Below, piece by piece: positions 30,317 to 38,688 of a DNA stretch of 64,000 nt. A program made the position numbers and the translations under genes. The stretch's first letter is position 1; the number at the start of each line of letters is the position of its first letter. The stretch comes from an uncultured Chloroflexia bacterium (GTDB lineage: Bacteria; Chloroflexota; Anaerolineae; Anaerolineales; Villigracilaceae), in NCBI GenBank assembly GCA_963772245.1, contig CAVYWB010000001.1, positions 664,977 through 728,976 of the forward strand, in the 5' to 3' direction. The notes beneath the pieces were generated by a model. The model did no database searches. It saw nothing but the letters and a program-made list of their open reading frames with translations, and was not told where the DNA came from.

Positions 30317-30486
30317 GGGAGCCTCCAGCGTGGAATGATCTTCCTTCGCATTACTTGTTCTTTCCCAATTCTAACTCATTCCTAAACGCTCCTCCCTGCC
30401 ATCCTCGAAACTCGTAAATATCCATTTCGCATACATCCTTTCGGCGTAATCACCGTAATTATTTATGAGATAAATTGGAGGCTGAT

Positions 30487-30669
30487 ATGCGTCAAGGATA
30501 TGGCTGGCATCATGGAATGCGCTGGATGAATGGTGGACGCGGGTGGCCCTGGCGGTGGGGTTTCTACCGCCGACCGTGCTGTTGACTGTTCTTTACCCTA
30601 CCGTTCCTGCTGGTCCCGGTCCTGGCAGGGGCAGTATTGTTGTTCCATTTCCCCGGAATTCACCTATAA
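30487..30669 (+). CDS. small Trp/Gly/Arg-rich peptide ORF: 32 codons up to an in-frame TGA (30583-30585), 59 sense codons with a hydrophobic helix if the TGA is decoded
   Basis: GGAGG lies 5 nt upstream of the ATG. MRQGYGWHHGMRWMNGGRGWPWRWGFYRRPCC-TGA-LFFTLPFLLVPVLAGAVLLFHFPGIHL-TAA, all in one frame. Confidence 0.35.
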
Positions 30670-30791
30670 ACAGTATCATCGTGATTCGGAGTGTATTCGA
30701 AGGTGCACAGGAGGCAGCGCCGTCTGCAATGTTAACCCATTTAATTCCATCTTAATATAGGATAACCGCAGGGGTGTGCAATCCCTATTTT

Positions 30792-30800
30792 TGATATAAT
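30792..30800 (+). promoter_or_regulatory. extended -10 promoter element TGATATAAT
   Basis: Matches TGnTATAAT. Located 28 nt upstream of the lipoprotein ATG at 30828. Confidence 0.35.
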
Positions 30801-30827
30801 ATATCCATAAATAAGAGAGGAGAGACT

Positions 30828-32237
30828 ATGATGAAAAAACACGCTTATCTTGTTCCCGTTTTCATACTGGTCATGGCAATCTTAGCCTGCAATCTCCAAT
30901 CAGCCGGTACGGGAGCCAATCCGGGTGCCGCTGCCACGGCTGTGGCCCAAACGGTCACGGCGCTGGCCCAGCTTCCTGCGCACGGCAACTCCGCTACTGA
31001 CACACCCGTCACGGCCACCGCCATCCCGGTCACGGATACCGTACCGCCTGCCAGCCCGGCAATTCCAACCGATACACCCATCATGGCTGCGACCCAGATC
31101 TGTGACAACGCCCAATTCATTTCCGAAACCGTTCCGGATGGCACCCTCGAGAATCCCGGGGTTGCCTTTGTCAAGACCTGGCGGCTAAAGAATATCGGAG
31201 CCTGCACCTGGACAAGCTCGTATAACGTCGTGTTCGTCAATGGCGATGCCATGGGCGCCTCAAGCGCGGTCCCCTTGTTAGGGAATATCGCGCCCGGGCA
31301 GGAAGTGGATGTAACCGTAAATATGGTGGCCCCATTGACACCCGGGAACTACTCCGGTACCTGGACCATGCGCAATGCCTCCGGAGTAATATTTGGCCTG
31401 GGAGCGGCCAATGGCCCGTTCTGGATCAAGATCACCGTTCCAGCACCGACTGCCACCCCAACTGCAACCTCAAGCGGGCCATTGATACACGTCCCGCATG
31501 TGCCACTCGTCCCGCTCGTTCCGATCCTATTCCAGCCTTCTGTCAGCCAGGTGCTTAATCCGGCCTCTATCCCGGCCTTCGGGACCGGATATGCCGTGGC
31601 AACCTGTCCCTCCGGCAGCATTGTCACAGGTGGAGGTTTTGCAGGCAGCTCCAGCCTGTTGGTTTACAGTTCATTTTCCAGTACCAATGGCTGGAAAGCT
31701 GCCGCTAAAAATCTAAGCGCATCTCCTCTGACCCTGAATGCGTATGCCGAATGCCTATCCAATACAACCGGTACCACCCAGCAGGTTTATTCCCAAACGA
31801 CGGCTCCTGCCAGCGGCATGGGACACGTTGTTATTAATTGCCCGTCCGGCCGCGTAATAACGGGCGGTGGTTTTGTTTCCAATCCTCATCTATTAGTGTT
31901 CAGTAATTCAGCCACAGGCAATGGCTGGGAGGTGGATGTACAGAACCAATCCTCCAGCAGCCAATTGGTGAATGCCTATGCCATCTGTCTCTCCGGTACT
32001 TCCGGAAGCACGCAGCAAGTTGTGAACCAGGTGAATGTGGCAGGAAGCAGCAACGGAAATAGCATAAAGGCCTGTCCAGCCACCACCCTCCTGACCGGAG
32101 GTGGCTATGCCGGCAACTCGAACTTGATTGTGTTCAGCGACGCTGCCACAAGTTCCGGCTGGCAGGTCTTTGCACACAACATTTCCGGGACTTCCCAATT
32201 GCTCAATTCCTATGCCGTCTGCCTGACATTGCCTTAA
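30828..32237 (+). CDS. secreted lipoprotein: NBR1-type Ig-like domain followed by three tandem two-cysteine repeats
   Basis: Lipobox ILAC and an Ala/Thr/Pro linker. N_BRCA1_IG-like FVKTWRLKNIGACTWTSSYNVVFVNGD..PGQEVDVTVNMVAPLTPGNYSGTW. Then three copies of CP.G..[VIL]TGGG[FY]..L[LI]V[YF]S..NGW..N.S..L.NAYA.CL. Confidence 0.75.
   Translation: MMKKHAYLVPVFILVMAILACNLQSAGTGANPGAAATAVAQTVTALAQLPAHGNSATDTPVTATAIPVTDTVPPASPAIPTDTPIMAATQICDNAQFISETVPDGTLENPGVAFVKTWRLKNIGACTWTSSYNVVFVNGDAMGASSAVPLLGNIAPGQEVDVTVNMVAPLTPGNYSGTWTMRNASGVIFGLGAANGPFWIKITVPAPTATPTATSSGPLIHVPHVPLVPLVPILFQPSVSQVLNPASIPAFGTGYAVATCPSGSIVTGGGFAGSSSLLVYSSFSSTNGWKAAAKNLSASPLTLNAYAECLSNTTGTTQQVYSQTTAPASGMGHVVINCPSGRVITGGGFVSNPHLLVFSNSATGNGWEVDVQNQSSSSQLVNAYAICLSGTSGSTQQVVNQVNVAGSSNGNSIKACPATTLLTGGGYAGNSNLIVFSDAATSSGWQVFAHNISGTSQLLNSYAVCLTLP
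31548..32234 (+). repeat. three tandem ~75-aa coding repeats (each bounded by one Cys pair) inside the lipoprotein gene
   Basis: Repeat Cys pairs fall at protein residues C260/C309, C338/C387 and C416/C465 by my count. Confidence 0.7.
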
Positions 32238-32465
32238 AGGGTCAGGTTCATTGTTAATATATGTTGTGAGGAAGGATTAAGGATGTTTTTGGAAGGAGGA
32301 TTTAAAATGGCTTGATCCATCCCTTGGAGCCAATCTGGTTGCTGGTGCCAACAATTGAAGACATCCAGCCAGGTGAAAATCAGAACGGCCTCAAACCTAA
32401 AATGGCTGCCAGGCCAAGAAGCGTCCAGCCAAAAATAGGTGCCGGAGGCAGGAATCAGGGTATTG

Positions 32466-32497
32466 GGCAGGCGGTTTCCAAACCGCCTGCCTTTTTA
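32466..32497 (+). terminator. intrinsic terminator
   Basis: ggcaggcggttt-cc-aaaccgcctgcc followed by ttttta. It lies about 230 nt after the lipoprotein stop codon. Confidence 0.75.
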
Positions 32498-32611
32498 GTT
32501 CGTTCCCTTCTCCGGTTTTCCATACCTTGAAACCGAACAAGGGAAGTGGTACATTATAATAAACCGGGGGCCGATGGGTTGCCTTTATCTAACACAGAAA
32601 CGAGGTGGCTC

Positions 32612-33505
32612 ATGAACGCTGAAAAGAACATTTCCCATTTCAAGATCCTTCTCGGAGATGACCGTTCGGAGCATGCACAAGCCGCGCTGGCGTTACTGGA
32701 GGACCTGCCCCTGGCTTCCGGGACGGATGTGACCGTATTCCGGGCTTATTCGCCCACTCAGGCAACTGACGTTGTACTTCTGGAGGATGCACTTAACCAG
32801 ACCTGCGCCCGCTTGAAAAAGAAAGGTCTTCTTGCCCATCCGGAGTTGTTGCTGGGCGTACCCACGGTCAAGTTCTTGAAACAAGCCGAGGAACAAGAAC
32901 CTGATTTGATCATCATCGGGGCGAAGGGATTGCGTGCAACGACGGGTATTTTGGTGGGCGGGGTGGCCCAGCAGGTGGTGGAATACGCCCCCTGCCCAGT
33001 TCTCGTGGTGCGCGCACCGTACCACGGCCTGCGTGAGGTTATGGTAGTGACGGATGGCTCGTTCTCCAGCCAGCGTGCAATGGGATTCTTAGGCGGGTTG
33101 CCGCTACCCTCCGGAGCCCGGCTGTGGGTAATGCATGTGCTCCCGCCACCAGCCATGTCGATGGTATTCTTGGAGACACCCATGGGAAGCGCGCCGGTCG
33201 CGCTGCTGGATTCAGACCAGGTGACTGCGCAGGCTGTAAAAGCAGAGCGGGATGGCCAGAAACTGGTCGATGACGCCCTCTCCACTCTGCAGGCAGCAGG
33301 CAAACCTGCTACCGGCATCCTGAAGCAGGGCGATGCTGCCACAGAGATCATGGCAGCCGTCAAGGAACACAATATTGACCTGCTCGTCACCGGCTCGCGA
33401 GGACACAGCCCGATCAGGGAATGGGTGATGGGAAGCGTTTCACGCAAGCTGGTGCATTATTCGGGTTGTTCGGTGCTGGTTGTCAGGCAGGCGCATCCGG
33501 ATTGA
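32612..33505 (+). CDS. tandem-domain universal stress protein (UspA family)
   Basis: I trimmed the start to the ATG at 32612, after GAGGTGG. Two Usp domains, each ending in the G..G..(S/T)-type ATP motif (IIGAKGLRATTGILVGGVAQQVVEYAPCPVLVV; VTGSRGHSPIREWVMGSVSRKLVHYSGCSVLVV). Confidence 0.88.
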   Translation: MNAEKNISHFKILLGDDRSEHAQAALALLEDLPLASGTDVTVFRAYSPTQATDVVLLEDALNQTCARLKKKGLLAHPELLLGVPTVKFLKQAEEQEPDLIIIGAKGLRATTGILVGGVAQQVVEYAPCPVLVVRAPYHGLREVMVVTDGSFSSQRAMGFLGGLPLPSGARLWVMHVLPPPAMSMVFLETPMGSAPVALLDSDQVTAQAVKAERDGQKLVDDALSTLQAAGKPATGILKQGDAATEIMAAVKEHNIDLLVTGSRGHSPIREWVMGSVSRKLVHYSGCSVLVVRQAHPD

Positions 33506-33624
33506 TCAAGGGGGATGCCGGAAGATACGCCAAAAAAGGACAGGCAGGTTAATGACGAGGATGAAATATACGGCTTTCGATCCGCACCTGCTGTGATTCC
33601 ACTTAAAATCTGCATGGTAACTAC

Positions 33625-35207
33625 CTCGACAATGTTAGATTAGGTTTTATCCCGTTTCTTGCCTTGGGATTTATGGCGACTTCTAATAGAACGAGAACGA
33701 TTGACCAGATGTTTGACAACCAGTCGGGTTGCCTGACTGGACGACAACTGAGGCAACGGCATTGCCGCCAGCAACAATTCGCGGACATTAGCGACCGACA
33801 GGGCTGGCAATGCCTTCAACTCCAGTTCTTGGGCCAACATAGGATCTCGAGCATACTTGTTGGCCCATTCATTCTTGGTCTGGGCGATGAACCAGGTGGC
33901 CATAATGGTCATAGCCAAATGGTGCTCCCAGGCTCGGAATTTCTGAGCCTGCAGCTCATCCCAACCGATTTCGGATTTGGCATCCTGATTGGATCGCTCG
34001 ACAAAATGACGAACACATTTAAGCCAGGCCAGGCGGTCCAGAGTAGTGTCCACGGGTGCATTACTCAAGGCGTACGTGTAGCGTTCATCGTTCTCATGCC
34101 GGATCACCAGCCATTCTTCGGCCAGTTCGTCATCCCGGATCGTCCAGATGCGGCGCATGGCAAAACGATCGTCCAATACACCTCGTTCGGTATTGCGGAC
34201 TGGAAAGCGTTGAAAATGGGTATCCAGATCAGTGATCAGCTGACGAACTTCCATGGGTTGGTCTTCACTCAACACCTTGGGACGAGTACTAATTCGCCCA
34301 GCTTGCCCTCGGGCATGTGGTGGTATGCCAAAATCGGGTTTGGTCAGATAGATTTGTGTATTTTCAGGTACTTCAGCCATGTAAAGGATGTCAGCTTGGT
34401 CCATTTGATGCCTAAACCAGCCACTCCGACCATACAGATCGTCACACGCCACCGCTTCAAACGGCAAACCATGCGCTTGGACCCTTTGGATCATGGTCCA
34501 GCCCAACTCGATCTTAGTAACAAATTTGCGCTCCTTGGGAACCCCCACGCGCTTGCGCTCACTTGCCATTTCAGTCGTGAACCAATGCTCCGGCAGGAAC
34601 AGCTCCCCATCCACCCAGGTCCACACCACATCCTTGTAGAAGGCCAGAAACACACCCACCTGGCTCATCTCGATCTTGCCCAAACGCCCATTATGTTGAC
34701 GTCCAGCCCCCGCACTCTTTGGGCCAGCTTTCTCGTCCGCACTCTCATCCAGAAGCAGCATCCCGCCTTTCTGCAATCCCGGCGTGATCGCAAGCTCCTG
34801 CTGGACTTTCTGAATCACTGCCTGCGCCTCCCAGGGCGAATCGGACATAAATTGCTGCAAGTTCTGCCCATCTTCCCCTGGGTCGGTGACCCGCCGGGCA
34901 ATGTTGGCAAAGTTACGTCCTGTCTTCATCTCTAAAAGTCCTCGCAAGTAGGTCCAAGCATGCTCTGCACTATCGCGCGTTTTGGTTTTGAAACAACTTT
35001 GAAAACCAGACCAAGAATCCTGCAATCGGTTTCCCAGACTGGCAATCGCCTCCGTGGGCAGCCCCCATCGATCTGGAAGATAGAGAGCTTCATCAATAAT
35101 TATAGTGCTCATCGGCTTTCCTCTCCTGTATAAAAGTGGATGTACCATATTTTAAACACGATGAGACTGATATACTAGAAATTTTGAGCTAATTTAACAT
35201 TGTCGAG
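33625..35207 (-). mobile_element. IS701-family insertion sequence, apparently intact
   Basis: Terminal inverted repeats ctcgacaatgttagattagg (33625-33644) and ctcgacaatgttaaattagc (reverse complement of 35188-35207), 18 of 20 matching. Flanking 4-bp direct repeat CTAC (33621-33624 and 35208-35211). Single uninterrupted transposase ORF. Confidence 0.9.
33640..35112 (-). CDS. IS701-family DDE transposase
   Basis: Start MSTIIID after AGGAGAGGA. Candidate DDE residues lie in LLLDESA, VACDDLYG and FVERSNQDAKSEIG. The overall layout fits ISRso17/IS701-like transposases. The stop codon lies inside the left inverted repeat. Confidence 0.92.
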   Translation of the reverse strand: MSTIIIDEALYLPDRWGLPTEAIASLGNRLQDSWSGFQSCFKTKTRDSAEHAWTYLRGLLEMKTGRNFANIARRVTDPGEDGQNLQQFMSDSPWEAQAVIQKVQQELAITPGLQKGGMLLLDESADEKAGPKSAGAGRQHNGRLGKIEMSQVGVFLAFYKDVVWTWVDGELFLPEHWFTTEMASERKRVGVPKERKFVTKIELGWTMIQRVQAHGLPFEAVACDDLYGRSGWFRHQMDQADILYMAEVPENTQIYLTKPDFGIPPHARGQAGRISTRPKVLSEDQPMEVRQLITDLDTHFQRFPVRNTERGVLDDRFAMRRIWTIRDDELAEEWLVIRHENDERYTYALSNAPVDTTLDRLAWLKCVRHFVERSNQDAKSEIGWDELQAQKFRAWEHHLAMTIMATWFIAQTKNEWANKYARDPMLAQELELKALPALSVANVRELLLAAMPLPQLSSSQATRLVVKHLVNRSRSIRSRHKSQGKKRDKT

Positions 35208-36380
35208 CTACTGTCCCGGCTATACCAGCACTTCCCCCATTACCAGTTGTACCGGCTGCACCGGCGAGCGCCTGGACTGTGCCAACTCCATTGCCGGTAA
35301 CATCGTAATAGATCACAAGGACCGCACCGCCTCCGCCTCCACTACCATTACCTCCCTTGGTTGAGCCGGAAACGCCTGCTCCTCCACTTTTCCCGCCATT
35401 TGCCTGGATTGTCCCTGCATTATTAACGATCTTAGCCCAAACTTCAACAACTCCACCTCCGCCTCCACCACCTCCACCGCCCAAGCCAACGGATGCCGTC
35501 CCTGTGGCTGCTCCGCCTACTCCGCCTTTTGGACCAGATAACATATTCTGTGGTGGCACTCCATCGGTGACACCTGTACCATGTCCGCCGCCGCCACTGC
35601 CACCACCTCCGGCTTGCATTCTCAATGCTCCTACTGTGCTTGGAATGATTGGTGTTTGTACTGCACCAGCTGCGCCATAGGATGTGCCAGGTGTCTCCGT
35701 TGCACCTGTTCCACCAACACCTGACCTGGCAAAGTTATTCAATACTGAGGTGGCCGCCGCTCCACCAGCGCCACCACCCTGACTGACACCAGCCAAACCA
35801 TCACCCCATTATTTTGAATATAACCCTTATTCCACAACGTTCCTTTTACCCTGACGAGATAACCATTTATATTAAGAAGGTAACCAGTATTGATGGTTAG
35901 ATCGATATACTGCATGTCCCTGGTGAGCGTGGTATCTGCTCCAATAACAACATCCCCATCTGAGCCATCACCCCAATTTTCACCACCACCGGAAACACAG
36001 GCTGATAATTCAGCCCAACTGATCTTACGGGTCAAATGCGTTCCCGTTGCACTATCAACCAGAGCGAATAGATCATCATCATCATCTGGAACATCTTTAT
36101 CGGTTGCGTTATAGAACTGGCTGCCATGTGTATGACCATCCAACCTATCCATAGCAGCCTGGAGATTATTATCATAAACCGTCAAAATATCATCGAAATT
36201 CGAAGTTATCAGCGGCGTGTACAATGCCACCCGCTCTATCGTGCTTGGCAGCGGACCGCTTACGGTATTCGACAACCACGGCGTCTGCGTAATCTCCATC
36301 CGGTATGGCAACTTCTTTTGCTTAAGATCTAAAATCTCCGTAACCTGGGCACATAAGAAATCATAAATCCCAACCTGCAC
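35194..36380 (-). pseudogene. glycine-rich beta-helix / phage-tail-fibre-like gene, frameshifted and 3'-truncated by the IS
   Basis: The N-terminal part (LDGHTHG.., ISWAELS.., GDGSDGDVVIGADTTLTRDMQYIDLTINTGYLLNINGYLVRVKGTLWNKGYIQNNG) is in one frame. Continuation GDGLAGVSQGGGAGG...G-rich repeats...VLVIYYDV.. is in the -1 frame after the GGGG run (plus-strand cccc 35804-35807). The last 4 codons and the stop come from the IS inverted repeat. Confidence 0.6.
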
Positions 36381-36395
36381 CAGATTACACCTTAT

Positions 36396-37858
36396 TTAAT
36401 CACTGGACTGATACTTAAGATGCACAGGGAACGGCTCGAACTTTGGCGGCGCGAGCAAGAAATATGCGGATGGCCCACTGGCTGTGCTTGGCAAGAAGCC
36501 AAGATTATGAATGGGATCCAAATCGGCTGCACAGTTTAAACTCCTAAATATCTGAGCATTCTCTTCTGTGCCGGCAAGCGTAGCGCTATTGCCCAACGTA
36601 ATAAACGACCTGATCGAACTTTCAGAACCCAGCTGCTGGATGAGCGTCCAATTTGCGCCATAATTCACAGACCTGAACACCTATGCATTGGGGGCTGTTC
36701 CGGCGAGCACTATGCCGGAACCAAGAGTGTTCAAGGTGAAGATAAACTGCACACGCTGGTCTCTGTACCGAGCGTAGCCTGGTATCCCCACGTTGCCCCA
36801 TAATCTGTGGAGCGATAAATCTAACCCGCGGCTGCCACCGTGGCAGCCAGCACCACCCCGCTGCCAACATTCAGGATTGCGAACACATTCGTTTCTGCCC
36901 CTAATTGACTTGCCAGCGCCCATGTAGCGCCATAATCCGTGCTTTGCCATATCTCGGGCCGGATTTGCAGAATTATAACCGCACAGGACCACCCCAGTAC
37001 TGCAATCACACAGGCTGACGGTTATATCCACTCCGACATGCCGGACTTCTGCCCAAATGACACCATAATCTACCGATCGTAGGATTGGACCGCCATAATA
37101 CCCAACGGCGAGCACGATGCCACTGCCGAGACTGAGAATGCTATAAATGCCGGCGTAGCCGGTGGAGTAGCCACTATCCCAAGTCAATCCATAATCTGTA
37201 GAGCGATAAATCTTACCTGCACCGCCAACATTCTTATTATTGCCAGCCAGCATAACACCTGCCCCAAGATCGCACATCGACATACCAGCCTGAACATTGC
37301 CGGTGAGCGCACTGACCTGGGCGAACGATGGTACGGTACAATAAACGGTTTCATTTTCATCTCTCCAGATATGTTGCCGCTTCTGGTCGACGTTGTAATC
37401 CAGATCGAACCGATGACCGGTTATCTGATATTGCGCCGATGCCACATGCGTAAAAGCGGTATAGAACAGGATTTGATCACTCCCATTATCACAAGCATAG
37501 ATAAAATACTTCTGCTTTAACTGCTGGAAAAATGTCTGCGCATTATTCAACTGTATCATCCGGCCGGTTGGCAGGAACTGCCATGACAACCACGCAGCTG
37601 CACCATCCAAGAACACAGCTGTCTTGCCAAACCTGGCACAGAATGCCGTGATACCTGGCTATAAGTCAAGTCGCCGGCCGCCGTATAATATGACCTGGGA
37701 ATGAGATGGCATTTGAAATTCTGGAAATTGCTATCCCACGTACTGCTGATTACGGCAAATTTACTGGTCGAAAGCGTGTACTGGCTGCCTGCAATCGTCG
37801 CCCCCCGTGTCAACACTATCGAAGTCCGATAAAATGGCAGGTCCATAAATCTAGGCAT
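36396..37858 (-). pseudogene. BNR/Asp-box-like beta-propeller gene with in-frame TAGs and frameshifts
   Basis: Five to six ~44-aa blades: KIYRSTDYGLTW, ILRSVDYGVIW, EIWQSTDYGATW, IYRSTDYGATW, VFRSVNYGANW, IFRSLNCAADL. These can only be followed by switching frame near 36953-36968 and 36741-36757 and reading through TAG at 36821-36823 and 36681-36683. Linkage of the N-terminal 100-aa ORF (37556..37858) is uncertain. Confidence 0.6.
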
Positions 37859-37867
37859 TTTTACTGT

Positions 37868-38020
37868 TCATTCGAATTCCAAATCACTGAGCACATAGCC
37901 GGGAGGCTGCGCTGACAGCAGCACCTTGCCGTCATAATTGTCCTGAATTGTGATGAGGAAATACGGGTCATAATTCCCGCTATCTCTTGCAGTTAAAAGC
38001 GTAGCATTTAATGATCTCAT
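37868..38020 (-). CDS. 50-codon ORF, function unknown
   Basis: Not in the track (<60 aa). ATG at 38020 preceded by AGGAG at 11 nt. MRSLNATLLTARDSGNYDPYFLITIQDNYDGKVLLSAQPPGYVLSDLEFE. Its stop lies 7 nt before the next ORF. Confidence 0.3.
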   Translation of the reverse strand: MRSLNATLLTARDSGNYDPYFLITIQDNYDGKVLLSAQPPGYVLSDLEFE

Positions 38021-38094
38021 AATTGTAGGGACTCCTGATCATAGAGAATTTTTTTTATGATCCAGTTAGGGAGGTTTCCTTGTAAAGCAGCCCA

Positions 38095-38673
38095 TCAGAA
38101 CATGCTCAATTGTTCAGGGAACCCGGCAGGTGCTTGCGGGCCGCGGACGAAGAAGGTATCTGTGGCAGCCTGCTCCAGCATGCCGAGCAGTGCAACCGCC
38201 GCAGGGCTTGGGATGGCGGGCGGGTAAACGCTGACCAGCCCTCCACCGGCCTGTTCGAGACGGTGCATCTGAGTGATGCAGACGCGCAGCAAGCGCTTGC
38301 GCTCACCGGCCTGGACCGATTCGTCATAGAATGTTCGCAGCAAATCCAGGATAACAAACGGGCCATCGCTGGCGGGGGTGCTTTCCAGCAGCGACAGGAC
38401 CTGGTAGCAGGTGAAAGCACGCGCCACCGTGATCCGGTAGAGAACTTCAGGCCGGCCGCGGGCGGCGCGTGCCAGCGTGTAGGCGTTGAAGCGGTTGCCC
38501 CCATCCAGTACACTCACCCTGGCGTGTTCCGCCGCTTGCCCCTGCGCCTCAAATGCAGGTAAATGGGCAATGCCCTGCAGCAGGCTGGTATTCAGGCTGG
38601 ACGGCCCCACCAGCAGCATCCAACTGCCGGCTTTGGGTTCAAGGTTGGGGTTCAGTTCCTCTGGATAGTACAT
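38095..38673 (-). CDS. RecA/Rad51/RadB-fold protein with degenerate Walker A (predicted pseudo-ATPase)
   Basis: EVLYRITVARAFTCYQVLSLL..FVILDLLRTFYDES..RKRLLRVCITQMHRLEQAGGGLVSV parallels the Rad51/RadA segment [57 protein letters not shown]. The P-loop position reads GPSSLNTS instead of GxxxxGK[ST]. Confidence 0.5.
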   Translation of the reverse strand: MYYPEELNPNLEPKAGSWMLLVGPSSLNTSLLQGIAHLPAFEAQGQAAEHARVSVLDGGNRFNAYTLARAARGRPEVLYRITVARAFTCYQVLSLLESTPASDGPFVILDLLRTFYDESVQAGERKRLLRVCITQMHRLEQAGGGLVSVYPPAIPSPAAVALLGMLEQAATDTFFVRGPQAPAGFPEQLSMF

Positions 38674-38688
38674 ACGGGCGAGTCCTAT

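Noticed and set aside
29240-30385. 381-aa ORF antisense to murA. Similar long shadow ORFs lie opposite katG (11495..12823), the sugar isomerase/LLM genes (24568..25704), the transposase (33664..34935), the hydrolase (6042..6797), xylA (51475..52149) and GH42 (several).
   Set aside because: They lie opposite genes with unambiguous family motifs. Their products are Arg/Gly/Pro-rich with no motifs and no SD. This is typical of stop-poor antisense frames in GC-rich coding DNA.
30487-30585. The Trp-rich 32-codon ORF as a trp-type leader peptide or attenuator.
   Set aside because: The downstream gene is a lipoprotein, not a tryptophan biosynthesis or transport gene. The Trp codons are not clustered next to a terminator/antiterminator pair.
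32312-32530. 72-aa ORF downstream of the lipoprotein gene, and an open minus-strand frame (..TYFWLDASWPGSHFRFEAVLIFTWLDVF..) in the same region.
   Set aside because: The plus ORF runs through a strong terminator. The minus frame has no start codon. Neither has recognisable motifs.
36681-36823. The idea that TAG (and TGA) are reassigned sense codons in this organism or in a recoded prophage.
   Set aside because: bfr and the GH42 gene end naturally in TAG, and katG, usp and the TetR gene end in TGA. The same lesioned genes also need frameshifts, which recoding cannot repair. No suppressor tRNA is visible in the window. I kept it only as an alternative to test genome-wide.
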